This document shows positions 1 through 8,560 of a stretch of DNA of 64,000 bases, one piece after another (position 1 is the first letter of the stretch; each line of letters opens with the position of its first letter). The notes beneath the pieces were generated by a model. It saw nothing but the letters and a program-made list of their open reading frames with translations. It had not been told where the DNA came from and searched no databases. Source of the DNA: Candidatus Omnitrophota bacterium (lineage in GTDB: Bacteria; Omnitrophota; Gorgyraeia; JAHJTE01). Made by a program: the position numbers and the translations under genes. The DNA lies in contig JAHJTE010000002.1 of NCBI GenBank assembly GCA_018830005.1, forward strand, positions 7,053 through 71,052, written 5' to 3'.

Positions 1-2
1 AA

Positions 3-446
3 TTTAAACAAGAAGAAAATATAAGAATTCATCACTATTGCTTAATGAGTAATCACCTTCATTTGATGGACTCAATAGATCAACAGAGCAATCTTTCTCG
101 ATTTATGAAACGAGTAAATTTGTAGTATTTTTACTATTACCGCCGCAGGCATGATTATTCAGGCCATCTCTGGCAAGGTCGTTACAAAAGCAAAATTATC
201 TTAGACTACGTTTATCTTGTTCAGTGCGGAAAATATATCGAACTTAACCCTATTAGAGCACGTCTAGTACATAAGCCAAGTGATTATGAATTTTCCAGTT
301 TTAGGTTTTACGCCCTCGGCCACAAAGATAATCTAATAGATACAAATCCTTATTACTTAGAACTCGAAAAAAGCCCTAGAGACAGGCAATCTTCTTATCA
401 AGACTTGTTCATTGATGATTATATGGAAGAAAAAATGAAAATTTAA
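3..446 (+). pseudogene. IS200/IS605-like HUH tyrosine transposase (COG1943/RAYT-type) remnant, 5'-truncated by the window edge, with in-frame TAG at 123-125
   Basis: Frame-3 translation gives ...IHHYCLMSNHLHLMDS... (HUH motif), TAG, then GHLWQGRYKSKII..CGKYIELNPIRARLVHKPSDYEFSS, matching COG1943 transposases. TAG is a normal stop elsewhere in the window (e.g. the gene ending at 8560). Confidence 0.6.
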
Positions 447-484
447 CTTCTTGATGTTGTAACGCTATAAAAAATAAGAGGTTA

Positions 485-493
485 GGGGGGGGG
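485..493. repeat. G9 homopolymer tract
   Basis: ggggggggg seen directly. Sits between the transposase remnant and the MNT promoter. Confidence 0.9.
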
Positions 494-534
494 CGAGGAA
501 CCGTCCCTTTTGTTCTTTCTAGGGCAGATTTACC

Positions 535-563
535 TTGACACTAAGATGTTAACTCAATATAAT
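535..563 (+). promoter_or_regulatory. sigma70-like promoter TTGACA-N17-TATAAT upstream of MNT/HEPN pair
   Basis: ttgaca at 535-540, 17 nt spacer, tataat at 558-563. RBS gaggt lies before ATG 602. Confidence 0.55.
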
Positions 564-601
564 GGACATGAGTCCAAAATATTGGATGAAGAGGTAAAAT
601 T

Positions 602-1147
602 ATGGACAACGCAAAATCTATTTTAGTGGCTACAAATTCACAAAAGGTCTTAGAATTCTTCTTGGATCACCCGGGGAGAGAACTTACCGAGAAAGAAACA
701 CAAAATTCTGTTAAGGTAAGTAAATCCGGAACCAACTATGCTTTACGGGAACTTGCAAAGGCAAATTTTCTGCTTAGGGATAAGAAGGGTAAGATGTCCT
801 TTTATTCTTTAAATTACAAAAATCCCGCCATAAAACAACTAAAGGTATTAAAAATAATAATGTTTATACAGCCTATCATTAAGAAGTTAGCTGTGTCTTC
901 CTCGCAAATAACTCTTTTCGGCAGCTCTGCGAGGGGAGAGGATATTTCAGATAGCGATATCGATTTATTCGTTATCAGTAATAGCAAAAAGCAGGAACTA
1001 GAGAGGGTAATTGAGAAAATTAGACTAAAAAGGAAAATACAGCTAATCGTAGAGACAGAATTATTCCATACAGAGCTAAAGGTTAAATCGCCTGATTTTT
1101 ATGAACAGGTTCAGCGAGGCATTGTATTATGGAGAAGAGAACAGTAA
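602..1147 (+). CDS. Minimal nucleotidyltransferase (MNT, Pol-beta superfamily) antitoxin with N-terminal HTH
   Basis: GSSARGEDISDSDIDLFV is the GS-x9-DxD nucleotidyltransferase motif. Overlaps the downstream HEPN gene by 19 nt. Confidence 0.75.
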   Translation: MDNAKSILVATNSQKVLEFFLDHPGRELTEKETQNSVKVSKSGTNYALRELAKANFLLRDKKGKMSFYSLNYKNPAIKQLKVLKIIMFIQPIIKKLAVSSSQITLFGSSARGEDISDSDIDLFVISNSKKQELERVIEKIRLKRKIQLIVETELFHTELKVKSPDFYEQVQRGIVLWRREQ

Positions 1148-1566
1148 GTCCCGAATTTGGGGATTGTCTTAAGAGAAATAAAATAAGAGAGTTTTCTCAA
1201 GGAAAAAACTTGGTGGATAAAGAACTGCTTGCTGCTAGGACTGACCTTTCTGAGGCAAAAGATACCTTTCAAAGAGACAAGTTTAAGTGGGCGATTATTC
1301 AGGCATACTATTCTATGTTTCATTCTGCAAGAGCTCTCTTATATAACCAGAATTACCGAGAAAGAAGCCACCACTGTTTAATCGTTGCTTTAAAATCATT
1401 CTATGTGGAAAAAGGGAAACTCTCAGTGCGATTTCTTGAAGGACTTCAAAAAGCTAAGACGTTAAGAGAGAATGCTGATTATTATGACCAGTGGTCTCAA
1501 CTTGGTGCAAAAGAAATGGTTGCTTTAGCCGGAGAGTTCTTAAATAAGGCCGAGTCTATATTGTAA
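1129..1566 (+). CDS. HEPN domain toxin
   Basis: 145 aa. R-x4-H motif (RERSHH) in a helical context typical of HEPN. Paired with the MNT gene. Confidence 0.7.
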   Translation: MEKRTVSPEFGDCLKRNKIREFSQGKNLVDKELLAARTDLSEAKDTFQRDKFKWAIIQAYYSMFHSARALLYNQNYRERSHHCLIVALKSFYVEKGKLSVRFLEGLQKAKTLRENADYYDQWSQLGAKEMVALAGEFLNKAESIL

Positions 1567-1915
1567 TCGCAAAACAACATGTATTTTTTGCACTATAAAG
1601 GGCCGTTCGGCGCCAAAATCGTTTTCTCAAGTTTCCAAAATGCCAATTTTCCCAACCGGGCATAGATTCCTAACACTTTGTCTTCCATGAAGTCATATAA
1701 GCCAAATTTTATTTTTTTGCCAACTGAGTAGAGAATAGCAGAATAGGGAACGGTTCTTCGAAATATAACTAACTAAGTAGCAATGAAATATAGATGCTGG
1801 AAGTTAAAATACGATTTCCGGGGATACGTACTAATTATTTCAAAATTTGCCTCCCCGGAAATTGAGATTCCATATATATCCAATAAATCGTAATAACCCT
1901 TAGAAAGGAGGGTAC

Positions 1916-2044
1916 ATGGTTAAAAAGCTTCTTTGTTTGTTGATTGTAGCAGTTTTTGCTTTTTCTTCTGCCGGAGCTCATAACCCCCAGCTAGAATTAG
2001 AATTTAATCTGGCAAAAGAAGACAAAAATAATAAAAATAAATAG
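1916..2044 (+). CDS. Small secreted peptide (42 aa), hypothetical
   Basis: Strong RBS aaaggaggg 6 nt before the ATG. MVKKLLCLLIVAVFAFSSAGA looks like a signal peptide, followed by a 21-aa charged mature part. Below the ORF-track cutoff. Confidence 0.3.
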   Translation: MVKKLLCLLIVAVFAFSSAGAHNPQLELEFNLAKEDKNNKNK

Positions 2045-2082
2045 TTTTTTTGATGGAATGGATAGAAGTAAAAAAGATAGCT

Positions 2083-3453
2083 TTAAATTTTACTCTCTAG
2101 CGCTTTGACTCTATCTTTAAGCTCGTCATTTTCCGCCTTTAACTCCTTAACAACCTCCAGTAAATAAATCGCAACTTTATCATATCTAACCGATTCCGGC
2201 ATACCTTCCTTGTTATAAACTACCAGATCAGGAATTATCTCGTCAACATCTTCCGCAATTAGACCAATTCCAGCTTTTTCCGTTGATTTCCAGTTGAATT
2301 TTACTGGATTTAATTTAAGAACCGTATCAGTATTGACTATTAGGTTTTGAATATTTTCTTTATACCTCTTACTAGAAACAGCCCTATAAACAACTCCGCT
2401 TGCATCCGCACTTAGATTTTGCATATCGCCGTCTATAGGTGCGCGGATTTTTAGATTTCCATTAACATCCAAAGCTTCAGTTGGAGCATCAGTCCTAACG
2501 CCAACACTACCGGCGCTACCTTTTGGAAATATTAAAAATGCGTCAGGGGTAGCTATAGTTTCTACAACATTTGAATGACCCCATGCAAATGTCCGATCAG
2601 CAGCAGTAGTCAATTGCATATTCTCTCCTGCTGCAAAGGAATGATCGCCTGCAGCTTCGTTAAATGAGCCGCCTACTATCATGGAATTTGTTCCTGATGC
2701 AGTATTTGAGAAACCACCTGCTACAACAGAACCTTGACCTGATGCTGTATTTAAACTACCGCCTGAAATAGTGGACGTGTTGGCTGATGCTGTGTTTCCG
2801 GCACCGCCACCAGCAACAGTAGAAAAATCACCGCTTGCAACGCAGAGGCTTCCGCCCGAGACTGTTGACCAGTCGCCGCTTGCTTCAGAGTTAAGACCAA
2901 AGGCAACAGAATAATCTCCTATATTGGCATCATCCCACTGATTTGGAAATGCTGCATTTATTGCTCCTGCACGGAAGGCTGCTTTTCTAGGATACCAGAT
3001 AAGCCTTGTACCTGCTCCAGATGTAATAAGCACATTGCCGCTGTTCATAGTTCCCCTAGCGATTATCCCGCCATCATTATTCAGATCAAGCTTGAATTCA
3101 GGAGTATTAGTGCCAATGCCAACCTGCCAAGTAAGATCATTTGGATGAATATCTGTTCCATTTTGCGTCCAAAGCCCGGTTAAAGGTTGCCAGGTAAAAG
3201 TAGCTCCGTCGCAAACAAGTATCTGATCCCCTGTGTTATAGTAACGTAAGGTTCCTTCTTCATTTGCTGCACAGGCAGCACCAGTGGCAAAATCATCATT
3301 AGGATAAAGCGTTAGTTCCTTATACACCCCGTGGGGTGCAGGGTAATAGGTGGTAATAGAAAGTTGTTCAGTAGCAGCAAAAGAGCTTGCACTGTGAAAA
3401 AAGAATGCCAAAAGCATAACAATGACTAAAAGTAAAACTTTATTTTTAAACAT
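2083..3453 (-). CDS. Secreted tail-fiber-domain protein: signal peptide, Gly/Ser-rich tandem repeats, C-terminal peptidase S74 intramolecular chaperone domain
   Basis: Start chosen at MFKNKVLLLVIVML (RBS ggagga). Repeats are of the SGDWSTVSGG / SGDFSTVAGG / SANTSTISGG type. C-terminus SSKRYKENIQNL...IGLIAEDV...ELKAENDELKDRVKALE matches the S-D-x-R-x-K-E-N-I autoproteolytic motif of phage tail-spike/endosialidase chaperone domains. Confidence 0.65.
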   Translation of the reverse strand: MFKNKVLLLVIVMLLAFFFHSASSFAATEQLSITTYYPAPHGVYKELTLYPNDDFATGAACAANEEGTLRYYNTGDQILVCDGATFTWQPLTGLWTQNGTDIHPNDLTWQVGIGTNTPEFKLDLNNDGGIIARGTMNSGNVLITSGAGTRLIWYPRKAAFRAGAINAAFPNQWDDANIGDYSVAFGLNSEASGDWSTVSGGSLCVASGDFSTVAGGGAGNTASANTSTISGGSLNTASGQGSVVAGGFSNTASGTNSMIVGGSFNEAAGDHSFAAGENMQLTTAADRTFAWGHSNVVETIATPDAFLIFPKGSAGSVGVRTDAPTEALDVNGNLKIRAPIDGDMQNLSADASGVVYRAVSSKRYKENIQNLIVNTDTVLKLNPVKFNWKSTEKAGIGLIAEDVDEIIPDLVVYNKEGMPESVRYDKVAIYLLEVVKELKAENDELKDRVKALESKI

Positions 3454-3647
3454 AGCTAAATCCTCCTTTTTAAATCGCTTGTTTTTCATCCAATATATCA
3501 TTAATTTAACACGCCCAGTAGAAATCGTCAATGTCTTTTGCGTTTTCTCTAATTAGAGTTGATATTTCACTTGACAAACCAATGGTTTTGATGAATATTA
3601 TTGTAAGCGAAGAAATAAACATAAAAAATAAAATCACCAGAGAAACT

Positions 3648-4307
3648 ATGAAAAGAAAATATTGCACAGCCAAAGAAATGCAAATTATTGATAAAAAGGC
3701 GCAGGAAGTTTATGGCATTCCTTCTATTGTGCTTATGGAAAATGCCGGTATTTCAAGCGCAGAAGTAGCCTTAAAGATGCTAGGTAGAGGGAGGAAGGCG
3801 CTTTGTATTTGCGGCAAGGGCAATAATGCCGGAGATGGTTTTGTATGCGCAAGGCATTTGATAAATAAAGGTGTAAATGTTGCCATATTCTTACTCGCAA
3901 GTCCTAAGCATCTAAAGTTTGACGCACGAATTAATTTTAATATTCTAAAGAAGTTAACCAAAAATATTTATTTCATAAATAAAAGCTCCAAGTTATTGAA
4001 AAGTAAATTAAAAACAGCAAGTCTTATTATTGACGCAATTTTTGGAATTGGCCTAACTGGACAAATCAAAAAACCTTATGCGAGTATTATTAACTTGATA
4101 AACAGCTATAATAAAAAAATCCTTGCTCTAGATGTACCTTCAGGACTTAATGCCACTAGAGGAGAGATTTTAGGCACTTGCATAAAGGCAACAGAGACTA
4201 TTACATTTGCCTTAGCTAAATCCGGGATGATTAAGAATAATGGACCTAGTTATTGTGGCAAAGTACATGTTGCTGATATATCAATACCTAAAGCCTTACT
4301 CAAATAA
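3648..4307 (+). CDS. NAD(P)H-hydrate epimerase (YjeF N-terminal domain)
   Basis: AKEMQIIDKKAQEVYGIPSIVLMENAG...LCICGKGNNAGDG is the YjeF_N signature. Start moved to MKRKY because the ORF-track start overlaps the divergent upstream region. Confidence 0.7.
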   Translation: MKRKYCTAKEMQIIDKKAQEVYGIPSIVLMENAGISSAEVALKMLGRGRKALCICGKGNNAGDGFVCARHLINKGVNVAIFLLASPKHLKFDARINFNILKKLTKNIYFINKSSKLLKSKLKTASLIIDAIFGIGLTGQIKKPYASIINLINSYNKKILALDVPSGLNATRGEILGTCIKATETITFALAKSGMIKNNGPSYCGKVHVADISIPKALLK

Positions 4308-4309
4308 TA

Positions 4310-5314
4310 ATGACTAAAGTTAGATATGAGATTGATCCGCACAATAGATTGGTTTTAAAGGAATCAGGCAAAAGTACAAGGCTGAGTAGGTACCGCACAG
4401 TTCTCGACGGAAGATTTAAAACTGACAGTAAAAATTCTTTGATTTATCATGCCAAAATCCCCTCTCACACTAAAGAACTGCAACAGATTAAATTAAAGGG
4501 AAACTGGTCTTTAAATAAAAACCACGATCTTGTGTTTACGCTTAACAAATGGGGCAATCAAGTTGCAAAGAACAAATTGACGATAAAAGGGGAGCTGATT
4601 AATGTGGGAGGCGATGAAATAACCTTTGCAGTTATAAGTAGAGAGACAGCTAAAAAGAGATCAATCTATCTTTTAAAATTATCCGGTAAATGGAAGTCTG
4701 GTAAGGATAACGGGCTAGAGTTTGATGTCCAAAAGGATAAAGAGGCAGATACCCTGCATTTTCAAGGCTCCTGGAAACTCAAAAACAACCAATTGACTTA
4801 CAATTATAAAAAATATTCTGGCTCAAAAAGAAAAAAAGATGAGCAGGGTTTAACATTTTGTGGCTACTGGGATATCAAAGATAAATATCGCCTCTCTTAC
4901 GTAATGGATAAACCGTTAAAGTCAGGCTTTGATTTTAGGGCATCGCTTGCAGCACCAATCAGGAGTAAGGGACAATATGGCCTTAAATATAAATTAGGTG
5001 CAGGTCTAATAAGCAATGAGAAAACAAATAAAACCATAATAATTTTTGGAGAGTGGAAAATAAAAAAAGGCATTGGTCTAATCTTTGAAGTAAGATATGG
5101 AGAAAATTACCTTAACTCAATAGTCTTTGGCGGAGAGATGAGAATTAACAAAGATTATAGCCTAATCGTGAATTTGACGAGTAGAGAAAACAATGATCTG
5201 GGGATTAGATTGGAATTATCAAGAAGATTCTTTAATGACTATAAAGGGTTTCTAAGGGTTTTGATGGGGAAAGAGGAGAAGGCTGTTGAACTTGGTGCTG
5301 GCTTTAGATGGTAG
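4310..5314 (+). CDS. Hypothetical Lys-rich beta-rich protein
   Basis: 334 aa, alternating hydrophobic pattern, ends ...GAGFRW. No recognisable motif and no N-terminal signal peptide. Confidence 0.4.
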   Translation: MTKVRYEIDPHNRLVLKESGKSTRLSRYRTVLDGRFKTDSKNSLIYHAKIPSHTKELQQIKLKGNWSLNKNHDLVFTLNKWGNQVAKNKLTIKGELINVGGDEITFAVISRETAKKRSIYLLKLSGKWKSGKDNGLEFDVQKDKEADTLHFQGSWKLKNNQLTYNYKKYSGSKRKKDEQGLTFCGYWDIKDKYRLSYVMDKPLKSGFDFRASLAAPIRSKGQYGLKYKLGAGLISNEKTNKTIIIFGEWKIKKGIGLIFEVRYGENYLNSIVFGGEMRINKDYSLIVNLTSRENNDLGIRLELSRRFFNDYKGFLRVLMGKEEKAVELGAGFRW

Positions 5315-5371
5315 GCTTTTACTTGCAAAATTGAACACTTTGCTGTATAATAACAAATTATGGAGGGAAAT

Positions 5372-5656
5372 ATGCAGGAGAGACGAAGATTTCCTAGAAT
5401 CAACTCAACAAACATCACAGAGATTGAGCCAAGACCTGTAGTTTCAGATATCCAGGCGATTACCAAAGACATAAGTCAAGCTGGAGCTTGCATTTACAGC
5501 GATACCTATCTTGAGCCAGGAAAATTTACCAGGATAAGAATGCACAAGGAAAATCAAGCTTTTCCTGAAGCAAAAGAGGCGGTCGTTGCCTGGTCAAAAT
5601 TATCCAAAGATAAATTTGGCTCAGTCTTTCAAATTGGCTTAAATATCCCAGAATAA
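5372..5656 (+). CDS. PilZ domain protein
   Basis: RRRFPRI (RxxxR) and DISQAGACI (DxSxxG) c-di-GMP binding motifs. RBS ggaggg before ATG 5372. Confidence 0.65.
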   Translation: MQERRRFPRINSTNITEIEPRPVVSDIQAITKDISQAGACIYSDTYLEPGKFTRIRMHKENQAFPEAKEAVVAWSKLSKDKFGSVFQIGLNIPE

Positions 5657-5719
5657 CAACATTGTCTTCAGATCCGAGGGGTTAAGGTAATCAAGAAAGA
5701 GAGGTTTTATTTTTTAATA

Positions 5720-5744
5720 CCCAATAGAGATGTTGGGTTTTTTT
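5720..5744 (+). terminator. Rho-independent terminator
   Basis: cccaatagagatgttggg hairpin followed by a T7 tract. Confidence 0.5.
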
Positions 5745-5754
5745 ATTGATAGTG

Positions 5755-5783
5755 TTGACTAAAAGAAAATTTAAAAGTATAAT
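5755..5783 (+). promoter_or_regulatory. sigma70-like promoter TTGACT-N17-TATAAT
   Basis: Seen directly upstream of the response-regulator gene. Confidence 0.5.
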
Positions 5784-5884
5784 ACATTAACACACTTCTT
5801 TAAAATTTTTAAAAAGTGGATGAGGACATAACTTATGTAATCCGAAAGGATACACGGGTTATGCATTCACTTAAGGAGCTAAAA

Positions 5885-6244
5885 ATGAGTAAATTATTGA
5901 TTGTTGATGATGAACCGGATGTGCGCGAGTTTGCTAAAAATTTCTTTGTCAAAAGAAAACTTGAGGTTGATACTGCTGCAAGTGGTTCTGAGGCAATTGA
6001 TCTTGTAAAAAAGTCAAAACCTGAATTAATTCTGCTTGATTTAAGGATGGAAGGCATAGACGGCCTTGAGACGCTTAAACAAATTAAGGAAATAGATAAA
6101 AACATCAAGGTAATTATGGTTACCGGGGTTAATGATGCTGAGTCTATTAATAAGGCAAAGGAATTAGGGGCAAAAGGTTATATTCATAAGCCCTTGATCT
6201 TAGAAGAATTGGAAAAAGTGGTTTTAAAGGAAATCAGGAAATGA
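5885..6244 (+). CDS. Single-domain CheY-like response regulator receiver
   Basis: KLLIVDDEPDV...LILLDLRMEGIDGLETLKQIKE...KVIMVTG. RBS aaggag before ATG 5885. Confidence 0.8.
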   Translation: MSKLLIVDDEPDVREFAKNFFVKRKLEVDTAASGSEAIDLVKKSKPELILLDLRMEGIDGLETLKQIKEIDKNIKVIMVTGVNDAESINKAKELGAKGYIHKPLILEELEKVVLKEIRK

Positions 6245-7419
6245 CAATAAATTACAAAAGAGAACTAGAGGCTGCTGCTAAAAACATGATTCTTATCCAC
6301 AGGCCAGATACACTCATAAAATTGGTCTTGAGGACAACTGTGCGCAAGGCAAGGCTTACGCATGCAGCTGCGCTTCTTTATGATAAGAAAAAAAATATAT
6401 ACATATTTGCAGAATCAAAAGGCGAGACAGGCGTGAAGGTGCCTTCTGGGTATGTTCGCCTTGATCCCAATAGCGGATTAATCAAATTCTTCCGGGAAAA
6501 AAAGAACTATCTTTTGCATAAAGAAGGGGTCTTAGAATTTGCAGAGATCAGCAATTTTTTAAAAACAAAAAAAGAGCTCTTTGCCAAGGATAAGCTACTG
6601 AAATCATATCTTCAAGAGACAAAATATCAAATGCAACTTTTTGATGCCTATCTTTGCATCCCTAGTTATATTCATGGAACTCTCCTGGGATTACTTCTAC
6701 TTGGATCCAAGAAGTCTGAACAGCCCTTTTCAAAAGAAGAGATAAATTTCTTCGTAGCCTTAACACATGACGTAACCATGGCAGTACGAAATGCTCAGCT
6801 ATTTGAAGAGTTAAAATCTGAACTTGATAAAAATCACAGTTTATTTATCCATACTGCCCAGGCCTTAGCCAGCGCCATAGATGCTAAAGATCACTATACT
6901 CACGGACATACAGAACGTGTGACTCAGTATTGCATGGCAATTGGTAGAGAATTGATCAAGAGAAAAAAGATACGGGTTACAGGCAATTTTTTGGAAACGC
7001 TTCGCGTCTCAAGCCTGCTTCATGACATCGGTAAGATTGGCATACCGGATGATTTACTTTCTAAAAAGGGTCCACTTACTGAAGATGAAAGAAGAGATAT
7101 TGAAGAGCACGCTATGATCGGCAGCTCAATATTAAATCCCTTAGAAGAATTAAGTGATGCAATTACAGCAGTAAAGCAGCACCATGAGAATTTTGATGGT
7201 ACGGGTTATCCTAAAGGGGTTAAGGCTGATGAGATAAACATCTATGCTAGAATTATTCGCGTTGCTGATTCCTATGACGCGATGACAAGCGATAGGCCTT
7301 ATAGAAAAGCATTTTCTGACCAACAGGCATTTGAAGAATTAAGGCAATATAGCGGCACCCAATATGATCCTACTGTAGTGAAGGTTTTTATAGATATTTA
7401 CAGAAGAGGAGATCTTTAG
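6241..7419 (+). CDS. GAF-domain HD-GYP phosphodiesterase (c-di-GMP)
   Basis: HDIGKIGIPDDLL...HHENFDGTGYPKG are the HD and GYP motifs. 4-nt overlap with the upstream receiver gene. Confidence 0.75.
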   Translation: MTINYKRELEAAAKNMILIHRPDTLIKLVLRTTVRKARLTHAAALLYDKKKNIYIFAESKGETGVKVPSGYVRLDPNSGLIKFFREKKNYLLHKEGVLEFAEISNFLKTKKELFAKDKLLKSYLQETKYQMQLFDAYLCIPSYIHGTLLGLLLLGSKKSEQPFSKEEINFFVALTHDVTMAVRNAQLFEELKSELDKNHSLFIHTAQALASAIDAKDHYTHGHTERVTQYCMAIGRELIKRKKIRVTGNFLETLRVSSLLHDIGKIGIPDDLLSKKGPLTEDERRDIEEHAMIGSSILNPLEELSDAITAVKQHHENFDGTGYPKGVKADEINIYARIIRVADSYDAMTSDRPYRKAFSDQQAFEELRQYSGTQYDPTVVKVFIDIYRRGDL

Positions 7420-7423
7420 TCTG

Positions 7424-8560
7424 ATGCCAAAGAAGGCGTTACTACTTTATATATCTGAGGTTTCCGGCCACCATCAGGCAACATTGGCTATTGAGAGTGC
7501 CTTAAAACGGCTTGATCAAAATATAGAGGTCTTGAATCTAAACGCCTTCAATTATACCACTCCAATCTCAGAAAAAATCATCAATCAACTTTACATCAAA
7601 GTAATTAAAAGAACACCTAAGATATGGAAGTATCTTTATGATAATCCCAGCGTAATAGAAAACACTCGGCAAATTAAAAAGACCATCCACAAACTAAATT
7701 CCCCGAAGTTAAAAATACTCATAGATAGATTCAAGCCCACTTGTATTGTATGTACACAGGCCTATCCTTGTGGAATGATTGCTGACTGTAAAAGGACGTT
7801 TGGTCTGAATATACCCTTAATCGGTGTCTTAACCGATTATGCACCGCATTCCTTTTGGATTTACGATGAAGTTGATTATTATATCGTCCCGGCAGAAGAA
7901 GTAAAGCAGGCATTCGTACAAAAGGGTGTTGAGGCAAAGAAAGTTATCAACTTCGGTATCCCAATTGACCCCAAGTTTGTCCAGAGCAAAAATAAAGAAC
8001 TTATTGCACACAAACTCGGCTTAAACCCTTCAGGGCCCATTATAATGATAATGGGGGGTAGCCAGGGAATAGGGCCCATTAAAAAAATAGTGAACGACTT
8101 AGAGGCATTTCCGTTTGAGTTACAAATTTTAGTTATCTGCGGCGTAAATAAAACTCTTCTTAAATGGCTAAAGCGTAAATCAAAAAAGGGCAAGAAAAAA
8201 CTAATTGCCTTAGAATATGTGGAGACAATTGATGAATTGATGGAAATCGCAAGTTTAATTATTACCAAACCTGGCGGACTTACAACAGCAGAAGCCTTAG
8301 CCAAAGGACTTCCGCTTCTAATCGTCAATCCTATCCCCGGCCAAGAAGTTGCTAATGCGAATTTTCTGACAAAGAAAGGTGCCGGAATAACAATTGAGAA
8401 AATGAAAGACTTCTCAAAGTCAGCTACAGAGCTGTTAATCGACCAAAAAAGATTAAACGACATGTCCTTTCAGGCGCGCCAAATCAGCAAACCCAAGGCT
8501 GCCATTGACATTGCTTCATTAATTATAAAACTATGTTCCAATACTTCATTTACAGACTAG
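7424..8560 (+). CDS. GT28 family glycosyltransferase (MGDG-synthase/UgtP-like diacylglycerol glycosyltransferase)
   Basis: MGDG_synth-like N-terminus and ITKPGGLTTAEALAKGLPLLIVNPIPGQEVANANFL C-terminal GT28 motif. Confidence 0.65.
   Translation: MPKKALLLYISEVSGHHQATLAIESALKRLDQNIEVLNLNAFNYTTPISEKIINQLYIKVIKRTPKIWKYLYDNPSVIENTRQIKKTIHKLNSPKLKILIDRFKPTCIVCTQAYPCGMIADCKRTFGLNIPLIGVLTDYAPHSFWIYDEVDYYIVPAEEVKQAFVQKGVEAKKVINFGIPIDPKFVQSKNKELIAHKLGLNPSGPIIMIMGGSQGIGPIKKIVNDLEAFPFELQILVICGVNKTLLKWLKRKSKKGKKKLIALEYVETIDELMEIASLIITKPGGLTTAEALAKGLPLLIVNPIPGQEVANANFLTKKGAGITIEKMKDFSKSATELLIDQKRLNDMSFQARQISKPKAAIDIASLIIKLCSNTSFTD

Noticed and set aside
121-126. Possible stop-codon reassignment (TAG read as sense) in the transposase ORF
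   Set aside because: TAG terminates several well-supported genes in this window (e.g. 8560, 26149, 36756). A nonsense pseudogene is the simpler explanation.
2083-3453. Prophage, suggested by the tail-fibre S74 domain
   Set aside because: No capsid, terminase, integrase or other phage genes flank it. The protein has a Sec signal peptide and neighbours are housekeeping (YjeF) and toxin-antitoxin genes.
7879-8463. 194-aa minus-strand ORF, and many other 60-130-aa antisense ORFs in the track (e.g. 16137-16529, 33279-33617, 38356-38653, 61714-62052)
   Set aside because: Each is fully embedded antisense to a well-supported plus-strand gene with recognisable motifs. They have low-complexity composition and no RBS, so they are shadow ORFs.
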